Source: Bacteroidota bacterium
Lineage (GTDB): Bacteria; Bacteroidota; Bacteroidia; Bacteroidales; JAIOZK01
NCBI GenBank assembly: GCA_034521425.1
Contig: JAXHMP010000001.1
Span: 2,569,737 to 2,633,736, forward strand
Reading direction: 5' to 3'
DNA: 64,000 nt
Shown: positions 1 to 10,239 of the stretch, piece by piece
Layout: every line of letters begins with the position of its first letter
How positions within the stretch are numbered: the first letter of the stretch is position 1
Translations under genes and position numbers: made by a program
Notes under the pieces: model-generated
The model's database searches: none
The model's input: the letters and a program-made list of their open reading frames with translations, nothing else
What the model was told of the DNA's origin: nothing

Positions 1-1565
1 AAATCAAGCACAGCTTTTACCCAGCAAAGTGTGGCAGCATATTTACGGGACTACAAATAAAGACGAAGGCTTTTCAGGATGACTAAAGAAAGTTATGACC
101 AGGGATGTGTTGTTAGCGGGAGTTATGAAATACAAAATGGAAACTGGATTATTAAAACGGATGTCAACGGTAATGTTTCTGTGGCAGAAAACATTATCCT
201 GGGACAATGCTACAGTGGTTGGGTCAAGTGTGCAGCAAGCTAGTAACGGTGATCTGGTATTAGCGAGTAGTGTTTACAGTGAAGTAATTGGCTTGTGGCC
301 CATGATTAGCAAACTGGATGCTTGTGGAGAAAAGCTATGGTGCAGGGTCATTCCCGAACCAAATGCCATTCTTGGCCAACATTATGATGTTTGTGCTACT
401 TGGAAATGATGATATTGTGGCATTAGGTCATATTGCGAGCTGAAAATGAACCGAACTGGATGTATCTTGATTATTTTAACAAGGATGGGGCTTGGAATGG
501 CGCAAGGCTTTTGCGAACGGTAGAAGGATTATCCATTGCGAAGGAGAAGCCATCGGTAGGAACGTTCAGAAGATTGGAAACTCCTATTATATTAATGGCC
601 TTTGTTACTGGGCGTATCCTCAGGATTCAACCCACTGATTACTTGAAGACCAACGTTTGTAAAGATTGATAGTGAATTCAATGAGGAATGGTTACTTACC
701 ATTTGGGGTAAAGTGACACGCTGTTCGGGGATGCAAAGGACATGATACAACTGAATGATTCCTTGTTTTTTGGGATAGGATTTGCCTATGATACCACAAG
801 GATTGTATCAAACTATATGTTCTTTAATGACAATGGAGAAGAATTGTATCATCAACAAAATCGCCTAACAGTAGTTTTGGTCCTGAGGCTGACGAAAATT
901 ACAAGTTTGAAGTTAGCAAGAATAAACGGATGATTTATTTTGGTAACGGCTGCATGGGGGTAATGAACAGAACTAGTACTTACGGAGAATACATAACGGA
1001 TACGGCAGGTAACATTATATAATCTTCAACCCCATGAAAATGCTGGAGGTGATGGAATCATTGTGAAAACCGCGGATAGCAATTTTGTGATAGGTTTTGG
1101 GTATTTGGATAATGGCGATTGGGACATCCTACTTTACAAAATAGACGAAAACCTGCAATCGGTTCCGGATGATCCGCATCAATATACTTACGACAGCCTT
1201 TGTCCTTACCACAAGTAACCTCAGGCACGGTTGACCTTTCGGATTGCATGATCGTTGATAGATACAGAAGAAGTCCCTTCTACTGAACAACTACTACGCA
1301 AAGCCTTAAAAACCATCCCTATAAAAGCTCTTTCCAAACCCGGCAAAAGATCAATATCACTTTTGCCCTGGAAAACACGGATAAACACCATAACATCAAA
1401 CTGGCATGCTACGATGTTTTCGGCAGGCAGGTAAATGAGCAAAAAATATACACCGGGCAACTGGAAGCTGAAGCGGATGTTTTGGAATGGGGAAAAGGAA
1501 TTTATGTTGCTGTGGTAAAAGCCGAGGGAAGGAATTGTGGCAAGGGGAAATTTGTGGTGGAGTAA
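1..1565 (+). pseudogene. Degraded gene for a T9SS-secreted repeat protein (type-A Por C-terminal sorting domain at the 3' end); 5' end off-window
   Basis: Coding signal hops between all three + frames (track ORFs 95-409, 433-669, 742-933 plus unlisted pieces). Fragments such as GSYEIQNGNWIIKTDVNGN and ISKLDACGEKLWC look like propeller-type repeats. The last ~70 codons up to TAA 1563-1565 read INITFALENTDKHHNIKLACYDVFGRQVNEQKIYTGQLEAEADVLEWGKGIYVAVVKAEGRNCGKGKFVVE, a typical type-A T9SS CTD. Confidence 0.6.
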
Positions 1566-1601
1566 GAGGATGGATGGATGATGGTTCCGTTTTTCAGCTT
1601 G

Positions 1602-1633
1602 AATCCTCGTCTCGTCTGAGGCGAGACGGGATT
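1602..1633 (+). other. Imperfect hairpin just downstream of the degraded T9SS gene
   Basis: AATCCTCGTCTCG (1602-1614) pairs with CGAGACGGGATT (1622-1633): 12 bp with one bulged T and a 7-nt loop. No T-run follows, so it is not a classical intrinsic terminator. Confidence 0.4.
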
Positions 1634-1646
1634 GAATGGCCAAAAG

Positions 1647-1707
1647 CCAATAGCCAATAGCCAATAGCCAATAGCCAATAGCCAATAGCCAATAGCCAAT
1701 AGCCAAG
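1647..1707. repeat. Heptanucleotide tandem repeat (CCAATAG)n, 8 perfect units plus a partial unit
   Basis: Direct reading: CCAATAG repeated head to tail from 1647 to 1702, then CCAAG. The track ORFs translated through it (MAIGYWLLAIGYWLL...) are artefacts of the repeat. Confidence 0.95.
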
Positions 1708-1834
1708 TTTAACGTAGCAAAGTTATGATATCAGGCAAACCCAGCAAGGCCGGTGGTATTGGTTTATCAAACAATTTTTCTGTTTTGTTGTAAATAACAA
1801 AATCCGTACTTTTACCAAAACATTTCCATCGATA

Positions 1835-3190
1835 ATGAAAAAGAATGCCAAAACCAAGAAGCTCCTGATCTGGAGCGTCGTTATAGTGCTGGCAGTATTG
1901 ATCGTGCTGGCCATTGTAAAGAAAAAGGATTCAGGAGCCATCAAAGTCAGCACCGAACTTGTTGAAAGAAGAAGCATTGTGGAAACAGTTTCTGCCAACG
2001 GCAAGATACAACCGGAGGTTGATGTCATGATCAGCCCGTATATTTCGGGTGAGGTAGTAGAGCTTTATGTTAAAGAAGGCGATAAGGTAAATAAAGGAGA
2101 TATCCTGGCCCGCATTGATCCGGAGATCTACAAGAAGAATTTTGCACGGATGAAAGCCACCCTCAACACGCAAAAGGCAAATCTGGCCAATGCCAGAGCC
2201 CGGCTGGCACAGGCAAAAGCAAAGAACACCAATGAGCAGGTCAGCTTCCAGCGCCAGAAATCCCTGTTCGAACAAGATGTGATCTCCGAGTCCGAATTTG
2301 ATGCGGCCAAGGCTTCTTACGATGTTGCCCAGGCAGAAGTGGAAGCGGCAGAGGAAAGCGTAAAAGCAGCCCAATATGCCGTAAAAAGCGCCGAAGCCAG
2401 TTTTGAGGAAGCGGAAGAGAATCTCCGCCGGACCAGCATTTACTCACCCACCGACGGAACAGTCTCAAAGCTTAGCATTGAAAAGGGGGAACGGGTCACC
2501 GGAGCCTCCCAGTTTTCTGCCGGTACCGAGATCATGCGCATCGCCAACCTGCTCAATATGGAGGTGCATGTGGAAGTGAATGAAAACGATATTGTAAGGG
2601 TTAATCTTAGGGATACCGCCATTATCGAAGTCGATGCCTATCCTGATCACAAATTCAAAGGCCTGGTCACGGAAATAGCCACTTCGGCCAATATTACGGG
2701 TGTAAGTGCAGACCAGGTTACCAATTTCGATGTAAAGATCAGGATACTGCACCAGTCATACCAGGACCTCATCAGCAAAGATACCGCCATGAAATCCCCC
2801 TTTATGCCCGGCATGTCGGCCACAGTCGACATACAGACCGAAGCAGCCGTAAATGTCATTTCGGTACCCATACAGGCGGTAACCACACGAGCCGACACCA
2901 GCGGCAAAGAAAAGAGCACCCGGGAGAAGATGGAGGAAGAAAAAGTAGAAAAAGAGGGGGTTGAAACCAAAGAAGAACAGCTTGAAGTGGTTTTCGTATA
3001 CACAGACGAAAAAGCACAACTCATTGTTGTTGAAACGGGCATACAGGACAATACTTACATCGAAATCTTAAATGGGCTGAAAGAAGGCCAGGAAGTTATT
3101 TCGGCACCTTACCGGGCAGTCAGCAAACAACTTAAAAACAATGAAGAGGTTAACAAAGTCCCGAAGGAGGATTTATTCAAGGAAGACTAA
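1835..3190 (+). CDS. Efflux transporter periplasmic adaptor subunit (HlyD/MacA-like membrane fusion protein)
   Basis: 451 aa with an N-terminal TM anchor, a biotinyl-lipoyl-like motif (ISPYISGEVVELYVKEGDKVNKGDILARID), a long coiled-coil hairpin, then beta-barrel segments. Confidence 0.85.
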   Translation: MKKNAKTKKLLIWSVVIVLAVLIVLAIVKKKDSGAIKVSTELVERRSIVETVSANGKIQPEVDVMISPYISGEVVELYVKEGDKVNKGDILARIDPEIYKKNFARMKATLNTQKANLANARARLAQAKAKNTNEQVSFQRQKSLFEQDVISESEFDAAKASYDVAQAEVEAAEESVKAAQYAVKSAEASFEEAEENLRRTSIYSPTDGTVSKLSIEKGERVTGASQFSAGTEIMRIANLLNMEVHVEVNENDIVRVNLRDTAIIEVDAYPDHKFKGLVTEIATSANITGVSADQVTNFDVKIRILHQSYQDLISKDTAMKSPFMPGMSATVDIQTEAAVNVISVPIQAVTTRADTSGKEKSTREKMEEEKVEKEGVETKEEQLEVVFVYTDEKAQLIVVETGIQDNTYIEILNGLKEGQEVISAPYRAVSKQLKNNEEVNKVPKEDLFKED

Positions 3191-3254
3191 TTCCGCTTTT
3201 GATCCGTTTGCACGTGGTAAAAGCTACTCAAATGATTGAGACATTTTTCAGATC

Positions 3255-3950
3255 ATGGATGCACTGCTTCTGCACATAGATACAGCTACCCAAATTTGTT
3301 CCGTGGCATTGACCCGGGGAAACAAACTGTTGTCATACCGGGAATCCCTGGAAAAGAATGCACATTCAAGGAACATTACCTTATTTGTCCGGGAAGTACT
3401 GGAGGAGTCGGGTTTTGATCGCAGGACGATTGACGGGGTGGCAGTAAGCAAAGGCCCCGGATCCTTTACCGGCCTCCGCATCGGGGTTTCCACCGCCAAA
3501 GGTCTCTGTTATGCGCTGGGAAAACCCCTGATCGCTGTTGACACCTTACAGGCCATGGCATGGGGAATGAAAGAAAAAGTAGCTGAGGATGTGCTGTATT
3601 GCCCCATGATCGATGCCCGGCGCATGGAAGTTTATTCGGCATTGTATGATGGTGATAACCGGCAGATTAGAGAGGTGCGCGCCGAGATCATTGATGAAAA
3701 TTCCTTTTCCACCTGGCTGGAAAAACATAAGATTTACTTTTTCGGGGATGGAGCCCCCAAATGCCGCGCAATGATCGATAAACATCCAAATGCCGGCTTT
3801 GATGAAACTTTCCAGCCTTCGGCAAGATATATAGCTCCCATTGCATCGCAGAAATACACCCAACAGGAATTTGAGGATGTCGCTTATTTCGAGCCTTTTT
3901 ATCTCAAGGATTTCATTGCCGGCAAACCCAGGGTAAAGGGTTTACGCTAA
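3255..3950 (+). CDS. tsaB: tRNA threonylcarbamoyladenosine (t6A) biosynthesis protein TsaB
   Basis: 231 aa. LLHIDTATQICSVAL ... IDGVAVSKGPGSFTGLRIGVSTAKGL is the YeaZ/TsaB signature. Confidence 0.85.
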   Translation: MDALLLHIDTATQICSVALTRGNKLLSYRESLEKNAHSRNITLFVREVLEESGFDRRTIDGVAVSKGPGSFTGLRIGVSTAKGLCYALGKPLIAVDTLQAMAWGMKEKVAEDVLYCPMIDARRMEVYSALYDGDNRQIREVRAEIIDENSFSTWLEKHKIYFFGDGAPKCRAMIDKHPNAGFDETFQPSARYIAPIASQKYTQQEFEDVAYFEPFYLKDFIAGKPRVKGLR

Positions 3951-3955
3951 GCAAA

Positions 3956-4528
3956 TCAATCCATGTCCTTTACCAGCCGGTTGATCACTTCCGGGAAATG
4001 TTTGTATTCAAGCTCGTGGATCCTGCCGGCAAGGCTTTCAGCAGTATCCTGCTCACTTAGCGGGCACCTGGCCTGAAAGATGATTTCCCCTTCATCATAT
4101 TTTTCATTCACATAATGTATGCTGATGCCAGATTCCTTTTCCCCGTTTTCAATAACAGCTTTGTGCACACTGTCGCCATACATGCCCTTGCCACCATACC
4201 CGGGCAAGAGGGCCGGATGGATATTTACGATGCGCTTGGGGAATGCTTTCAGGATGTTCCGGGGGATTAGCCAGAGAAAACCGGCCAGTACGATCAGGTC
4301 GATCCGGTGATCCTGCAGGATGTTCAGTACGCGATCGCTGCTGTAGAAATCCTCACGATTGAAGGTGATGTAAGGGATTTCGAGCTTTTCGGCCCTCCTC
4401 AGCACATAGGCATCCTTGTTGTTTGACAGGATCAGGGCAACAATGGCTGTTTTTTCCTTTCTGAAAAACCTGGCAATATTTTCTGCATTGGTTCCGCTGC
4501 CAGAAGCCAGGATGGCAATTTTCTTCAT
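3956..4528 (-). CDS. purN: Phosphoribosylglycinamide formyltransferase
   Basis: 190 aa. MKKIAILASGSGTNAENI, IDLIVLAGFLWLIP and NIHPALLP are motifs of PurN. Confidence 0.9.
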   Translation of the reverse strand: MKKIAILASGSGTNAENIARFFRKEKTAIVALILSNNKDAYVLRRAEKLEIPYITFNREDFYSSDRVLNILQDHRIDLIVLAGFLWLIPRNILKAFPKRIVNIHPALLPGYGGKGMYGDSVHKAVIENGEKESGISIHYVNEKYDEGEIIFQARCPLSEQDTAESLAGRIHELEYKHFPEVINRLVKDMD

Positions 4529-4741
4529 CTAAAGTCCCTGTTTATAAGCATAAATAAGCCTTTCAAAATTAAAAAATATATTAAACTGTTTTACAGCGTA
4601 TTCCACTAACTTATACAAATATCACAATATGTTGTTAATCTGCTCATTAGTAAATAATAAGATCAAATTTATACGATTTTCTTTGTTTTTTTTTGATTTA
4701 ATCTTTTTCTTTGCAAACTGTTTAACCAAAAACGAAAAGAT

Positions 4742-4978
4742 ATGTCTGACATTGCAACAAGAGTAAAAGCAATTATTGTTGATAAACTTGGCGTAGACGA
4801 AGGAGAAGTTACACCTGAAGCAAGTTTCACAAATGATTTAGGAGCTGATTCATTGGACACCGTTGAGTTGATCATGGAGTTCGAAAAAGAATTCAACATT
4901 GCCATTCCCGACGACCAGGCTGAAAAGATTGGCACTGTGGGTGAAGCGATAAAATACATCGAAGAGAACGCTAAATAG
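4742..4978 (+). CDS. acpP: Acyl carrier protein
   Basis: 78 aa. [19 protein letters not shown] contains the phosphopantetheine-attachment Ser motif. The gene lies immediately upstream of fabF. Confidence 0.95.
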   Translation: MSDIATRVKAIIVDKLGVDEGEVTPEASFTNDLGADSLDTVELIMEFEKEFNIAIPDDQAEKIGTVGEAIKYIEENAK

Positions 4979-4995
4979 TAAAAACAAATCCTTAC

Positions 4996-6249
4996 ATGGA
5001 ACTAAAGCGTGTAGTTGTTACTGGACTTGGTGCACTTACCCCACTGGGCAATACCATCGAAGAAACCTGGAATGGATTGATCAATGGGGTGAGTGGTGCC
5101 GGGGATATCACTCGTTTTGATCCCTCAAAATTCAAAACCCAGTTCGCATGTGAAGTAAAAGGTTATGATGCCAACGATTATTTCGATCGTAAGGAGGCCA
5201 GAAAATATGACCTTTATGCACAATATGCCATCGTAGCGGCCGATCAGGCCATTGCCGATGCCGGGCTGGATCTTGAAAAAATTGACCTTGACAGGGCAGG
5301 TGTTATCTGGGGATCAGGGATCGGTGGTTTGTCAACCTTTGAAAAAGAAATCATGTCTTTTTGCGAAGGAGACGGCACACCGCGTTTCAATCCTTTTTTT
5401 ATTCCCAAGATGATCGCCGATATCGCTGCCGGTCATATTTCCATCAAACATGGGTTCAGGGGTCCTAATTATGCTACCGTTTCGGCCTGTGCTTCTTCGG
5501 CCAATTCCCTTTCGGATGCACTCAACCTGATCCGGCTGGGGAAAGCCAATTTGTTTATTACCGGCGGATCAGAAGCAGCCATTACGGTTGGAGGTATAGG
5601 AGGATTCAATGCAATGCACGCAATCTCTACCCGCAACGACGATCCCAAAACAGCCTCCAGACCTTTTGACAAAGATCGAGATGGCTTCGTACTGGGTGAA
5701 GGGGGTTGCGGACTGATCTTCGAAGAATTCGAACATGCGAAAGCACGCGGTGCCAAAATCTATGCAGAAGTAGTGGGTAGCGGCCTGTCGGCCGATGCAC
5801 ATCACATGACTGCCCCGCATCCGGAAGGACTGGGAGCACAAAACTGCATGCGTTATGCCATCGAAGATGCTGGTATCAAGCCCGAAGACATTGATCATAT
5901 CAATACGCATGGAACTTCCACGCCTGTTGGTGATATTGCTGAACCCAGAGCCATCGTGAGCCTCTTTGGCGAACATGCCTACAAGATCAATATCAATTCA
6001 ACAAAATCAATGACAGGCCATTTGCTCGGAGCTGCCGGCGCCGTTGAAGCCATTGCTACCATACTGGCCGTTAAAAATGATATCGTACCACCTACGATCA
6101 ATCATTTTACCGATGACCCGGATATTGATAACGAACTGAACTTTACGTATCATAAAGCCGTTAAACGTGTTATCAATTATGGCCTTACAAATACCTTTGG
6201 CTTTGGCGGTCACAATGCTTCTATTATCTTTAAGAAATTTAGTGAGTAA
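4996..6249 (+). CDS. fabF: Beta-ketoacyl-ACP synthase II
   Basis: 417 aa with active-site context ATVSACASS, HGTSTPVGD and a C-terminal NTFGFGGHNASIIFKK. Confidence 0.95.
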   Translation: MELKRVVVTGLGALTPLGNTIEETWNGLINGVSGAGDITRFDPSKFKTQFACEVKGYDANDYFDRKEARKYDLYAQYAIVAADQAIADAGLDLEKIDLDRAGVIWGSGIGGLSTFEKEIMSFCEGDGTPRFNPFFIPKMIADIAAGHISIKHGFRGPNYATVSACASSANSLSDALNLIRLGKANLFITGGSEAAITVGGIGGFNAMHAISTRNDDPKTASRPFDKDRDGFVLGEGGCGLIFEEFEHAKARGAKIYAEVVGSGLSADAHHMTAPHPEGLGAQNCMRYAIEDAGIKPEDIDHINTHGTSTPVGDIAEPRAIVSLFGEHAYKININSTKSMTGHLLGAAGAVEAIATILAVKNDIVPPTINHFTDDPDIDNELNFTYHKAVKRVINYGLTNTFGFGGHNASIIFKKFSE

Positions 6250-6254
6250 TTGTT

Positions 6255-6981
6255 TTGAGAATAGCAGTTTCCGGTTCGTTTAAAGCGATTTTTTCTTCCG
6301 ATAGACAATTATTTCAAGCCATAAAGAATATTTTCGGGTACTATCCCGGAAATATCTTTTTATACAAACTTGCTTTTAGGCATAAATCGGCTGCCAAAGA
6401 AGTGATAAAGGGTGTAAGGCTTAGCAATGAGCGCCTCGAATATCTGGGAGATGCTGTGCTCAGTTCGGCCATTGCCGATTATCTCTTCAAAAAATTCCCT
6501 TATAAAGACGAAGGATTTCTTACAGAAATGAGATCCAAGATCGTGAACCGGGCCCAGCTGAACAAACTCTCTAAAAAACTCGGGCTCGACCGCTTTCTTG
6601 AAAGTGAAAATGACTCCAAAAATCTCTGTAAATCGATCAATGGCGATGCATTTGAAGCACTGATCGGAGCCATGTACCTCGACAGGGGATACAATTTCAC
6701 CAGGCGGATCATTATAAAGCGGATCATTAACCTGCACTTAGATATCGATGAAATTGAAAAACTCGAAAACAATTACAAGAGCAAACTCATCGAATGGAGC
6801 CAGAAAGAAAAAAGAGATCGAATTCAATGTGATCGATGAAGTAGGCGACGGTTACAACAAACAATATATTGTGCAGGTACTTATCAATAAAAAAGCCGTC
6901 AGCCAGGCCCGCGATTATTCCATCAAAGGGGCTGAACAAATCGCGTCCGAAAAGGCCTGCAACACCATCCTTAAAGATTAA
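6255..6981 (+). pseudogene. rnc: Ribonuclease III, interrupted by a +1 frameshift in an A-run
   Basis: The catalytic domain is in 6255-6839 (ERLEYLGDAVL, DAFEALIGAMYLD). The dsRNA-binding domain continues in another frame (6748-6981: KEIEFNVIDEVGDGYNKQYIVQV...GAEQIASEKA). The frames meet at the A6 run 6808-6813, which is one A too many. Confidence 0.85.
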
Positions 6982-7086
6982 ACGATTCAATCTAAAAAGA
7001 TCCTTTTAACAAAGAATTGAAAAGAACTTTCCGGATATATCCGGTAAAAAGTGTAATTTAGTTGAACGCCGCTTTTAAAATGTGAA

Positions 7087-7542
7087 ATGGCTAAAAAACT
7101 AAAGCTTCAAATAGATTCCGGATCTGCGTTCAGGATTATCGGCTTGTCATCTACAGCGAAAAGTTATAAAATGGCTTTCCTGATCAACCAGGCCCTGAAA
7201 CTGAACCTGGCCAGATCGGAGGATTTTCTCTTTTATAATGATTCCGTAAAACAGGAAATCCAGTATTCACTTTTTGTACAAATCATCCCCGACTCAAACG
7301 GCCACATTTGCCTGCTGCAAAACAGGCATCCGGAGGGTTTCCTGATCCCAATTCTCCGGCAAGCGGATTACTTTGTGTTGTTGCATGAAAACCCGCAAGA
7401 GCACATTATTCCTGAATACCTGCAAAAGATGAAAAAAACAAGGGAGATCCTTGCTGCCTTTCCGATCGATAAGCCAGCAGCCAAAAATACTGCACGCATT
7501 CTCGAAGAGCTCGAAATGCACCTCATGGAACACAGCAAATAA
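7087..7542 (+). CDS. IPExxxVDY family protein (Bacteroidota-specific, typically downstream of rnc)
   Basis: 151 aa. It contains LIPILRQADYF, matching the IPExxxVDY signature with two substitutions. The position after acpP-fabF-rnc is as in other Bacteroidota. Confidence 0.7.
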   Translation: MAKKLKLQIDSGSAFRIIGLSSTAKSYKMAFLINQALKLNLARSEDFLFYNDSVKQEIQYSLFVQIIPDSNGHICLLQNRHPEGFLIPILRQADYFVLLHENPQEHIIPEYLQKMKKTREILAAFPIDKPAAKNTARILEELEMHLMEHSK

Positions 7543-7654
7543 TGGACAATATCAAAAACAATCCACCCCCTCCGTTGTTAATAAGGCAAAGAATTGCTAT
7601 TTTTGTAAAACATTAAAAGAGTGAAGTTTAACTAATTGACAAAAAGGAACAATC

Positions 7655-8173
7655 ATGATCAAAGAAAAAATTGAAAAGTCATTGAATGAACAAATCATGA
7701 AAGAAGAATTTTCTTCCAGATTATACCTGGCCATGGCTTCATGGTGCGAGGTGAACGGTTTTGAAGGAGCTGCAAATTACCTTTACAACCACAGTGATGA
7801 AGAAAGAATGCATATGATGAAACTGGTTCATTTCCTGAACGACCGGGGGGGTACCACAAAGCTCATGAAAATGGATGCACCTGAGGTTACCTATAAATCA
7901 CTGAAAGATATCTTCGAAAAGATCCTGAAACATGAGGTGTTTATCAGCGAATCCATCAACGAGATCTACGGTCTCTGCATGGATGAAAAAGACTATACCA
8001 CAGGCAATTTCATGCAATGGTATATCAATGAACAGATCGAGGAAGAAAGTACCATGAACAGCATTTTGGACAAGATCAGCCTGGCCGGTGAACAAAAGGG
8101 CGGTTTGTTCCACATCGACAAGGAACTGGGTGGCATGAGCGCAGCAAGGCCGGCCCAGGAAATGGCCGAATAG
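7655..8173 (+). CDS. ftnA: Ferritin (non-haem)
   Basis: 172 aa. NEQIMKEEFSSRLYLAMASW...HSDEERMHMMKLVHFLNDRGG shows ferroxidase-centre residues typical of bacterial ferritin. Confidence 0.9.
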   Translation: MIKEKIEKSLNEQIMKEEFSSRLYLAMASWCEVNGFEGAANYLYNHSDEERMHMMKLVHFLNDRGGTTKLMKMDAPEVTYKSLKDIFEKILKHEVFISESINEIYGLCMDEKDYTTGNFMQWYINEQIEEESTMNSILDKISLAGEQKGGLFHIDKELGGMSAARPAQEMAE

Positions 8174-8180
8174 TGAGTAA

Positions 8181-8238
8181 TTGGTAGTTGGTGGTTGGTT
8201 TTACTACATGCTACCAACTAATACCTACCAACAACTAA
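8181..8238. repeat. Inverted pair of heptamer arrays forming an imperfect hairpin downstream of ferritin
   Basis: TTGGTAG TTGGTGG TTGGTTT (8181-8201), a 9-nt loop, then CTACCAA CTAATAC CTACCAA CAACTAA (8211-8238). TTGGTAG and CTACCAA are exact reverse complements. Confidence 0.7.
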
Positions 8239-8398
8239 GTTGCATTATTCATAAAATAGCTTAACATGCTCAAATAATGCAGGTTAGCCCCGGATTAGAA
8301 AGGCTTGCAATTTGAAACGAAGTGCATCAAATTGGTAGCTTTTCTTAGTCGTCAGGATAATTCAGCGTTTCACTTTTTAGGTTTAGGAATTATCCGGG

Positions 8399-8971
8399 CT
8401 AAATCCTCTCTTCGTTCAAATCTCTCAAAAACCGCTCATACCATTCTTTCCCGTATTTCCTGATCAGGGCGGTTTTGACAAATTTCGACAACCGATAATT
8501 CTCCGCTTTACCACGTTTTAGCGCCGGTTTGCAGATATGCCATTTGTGATAATTCAGGGCTTCTCCCCCATCGCCCAGCCTTGAGATGCGGATGGGGTAC
8601 AAATGGCAGGAAATGGGTTTCTGAAAATCGGTTTTGCCATCCAGATAGGCCTGCTCGATGGTGCAGAAGGCGATGCCTTCTTCATCGAAGTTGACAAAAG
8701 CGCATGCCCCGCCATCCACCAGGGGAGTTACAAAACGGCCATCGGCATCGTAATCAAAAACCCCGTTCTTTTCCACTTCCCGCACACCGGCTTCTGTCAT
8801 GAAATCTTTTATATAGTTTATGTCATCCTCCAGGATGGAAATCTCAGCCTCCTCCATAGGAGCGCCCGCATCCCCGTCAACGCAGCAGGCACCTTTGCAT
8901 TTGTGCAGGTCACAGGCAAAGCAGGTATCTTTGATCTCATCCGAGATGATCTTATTGTCCAGTATGATCAT
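8399..8971 (-). CDS. DUF3109 family Cys-rich protein
   Basis: 190 aa. The N-terminal CFACDLHKCKGACC cluster and later CAFV...FCTIE...CHLYP cysteines recall the DUF3109 family. Recognised from memory only. Confidence 0.65.
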   Translation of the reverse strand: MIILDNKIISDEIKDTCFACDLHKCKGACCVDGDAGAPMEEAEISILEDDINYIKDFMTEAGVREVEKNGVFDYDADGRFVTPLVDGGACAFVNFDEEGIAFCTIEQAYLDGKTDFQKPISCHLYPIRISRLGDGGEALNYHKWHICKPALKRGKAENYRLSKFVKTALIRKYGKEWYERFLRDLNEERI

Positions 8972-9071
8972 GGGTGCAAAAATAGGTAAAATTAGCCTGT
9001 AGCCGTGGCGCCATGGACAACAAAAACCCCTATCTTTGCAGTCCGGAAAAATAACCTAAATACATAAAAAC

Positions 9072-10073
9072 ATGGCATTTAATTTAAGGAACAGAAGTTT
9101 TTTGAAGCTCCTTGATTTCACTCCAAAGGAGATCAGGTTTTTGCTGGATCTTTCAGCAGACCTGAAAAAAGCAAAATATGCAGGAACAGAAGAACAAAAA
9201 CTCAAAGGCAAGAACATCGCACTGATTTTTGAAAAAGACTCAACCCGCACCCGTTGCGCATTTGAAGTGGCTGCCCTTGACCAGGGAGCACACATAACCT
9301 ATCTTGGCCCCACAGGTTCACAAATGGGGAAAAAGGAAACGGTAAAAGATACTGCCCGCGTGCTGGGCAGAATGTACGACGGCATCGAATACCGCGGTTT
9401 TGGACAGGAAGTAGTGGAAGAACTGGCCGAATATTCCGGGGTACCTGTATGGAACGGCCTGACCAATGAATTCCATCCCACCCAGATCCTGGCCGATTTC
9501 CTCACCATGATGGAGCATTGCGATAAGCCTCTGCACCAGGTTTCATTCTGCTACCTGGGCGATGCCCGCAACAACATGGGCAATTCCCTGCTGATCGGTG
9601 CTGCCAAAATGGGTATGGATTTCCGCGCTGCAGCCCCCAAAATGCTGCATCCTGATAAAAAATTGATTGAGCAGGCAAAAGAGATCGCCAAAGAAACCGG
9701 CGCAAAGATCATGATTACCGAAGATCCTGCAGAAGCAGTAAAAGGCTGCGATTTCCTCTATACCGATGTGTGGGTATCCATGGGAGAATCGGAAGAAGCC
9801 TGGAATGAAAGGCTGAAACTGATGAAACCCTACCAGGTAAACAAAGAACTGATGGAAAAAACCGGCAATCCAAAAGCCAAATTTATGCACTGCCTGCCGG
9901 CTTTCCACAATACCGAAACCAAGGTTGGCAAAGAGATAAACGAAAAATTCGGTTTCGAAAGCATGGAAGTCACCGAGGAAGTATTCGAATCGGAAGCCTC
10001 CATCGTGTTCGATGAAGCAGAGAACAGGCTGCATACCATCAAGGCGGTGATGGTGGCTACGCTGGGAAGCTGA
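9072..10073 (+). CDS. argF: Ornithine carbamoyltransferase
   Basis: 333 aa, nearly collinear with E. coli ArgI/ArgF: [47 protein letters not shown]. Confidence 0.95.
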   Translation: MAFNLRNRSFLKLLDFTPKEIRFLLDLSADLKKAKYAGTEEQKLKGKNIALIFEKDSTRTRCAFEVAALDQGAHITYLGPTGSQMGKKETVKDTARVLGRMYDGIEYRGFGQEVVEELAEYSGVPVWNGLTNEFHPTQILADFLTMMEHCDKPLHQVSFCYLGDARNNMGNSLLIGAAKMGMDFRAAAPKMLHPDKKLIEQAKEIAKETGAKIMITEDPAEAVKGCDFLYTDVWVSMGESEEAWNERLKLMKPYQVNKELMEKTGNPKAKFMHCLPAFHNTETKVGKEINEKFGFESMEVTEEVFESEASIVFDEAENRLHTIKAVMVATLGS

Positions 10074-10099
10074 AAAGTATAAACAGAATTTCAAAATAA

Positions 10100-10140
10100 G
10101 GGGCTGTTTCTTCAAGGATCGTAGAAACGCCCCTTTTTGT
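10100..10140 (+). terminator. Rho-independent terminator of argF
   Basis: GGGGCTGTTTCT (10100-10111) pairs with AGAAACGCCCC (10123-10133), 11 bp with one bulge, followed by TTTTT at 10134-10138. Confidence 0.7.
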
Positions 10141-10239
10141 TTTCAGTCGTGGAACAATATTTGCGATATATTTTAATGAAGCAAATTATCAACCGGAAAA
10201 ACTGGTTTTATTACCTTTATTTCCCCAAATATTGTAAAA

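Noticed and set aside
1221-1706. ORFs translated through simple repeats (1221-1706 and 1502-1699 MAIGYWLLAIGYWLL...; 48888-49124, 48940-49134, 48943-49185 MGDEGDKGEWATKA...).
   Set aside because: The periodic peptides are direct products of the tandem DNA repeats. There is no start context and no conservation beyond the repeat.
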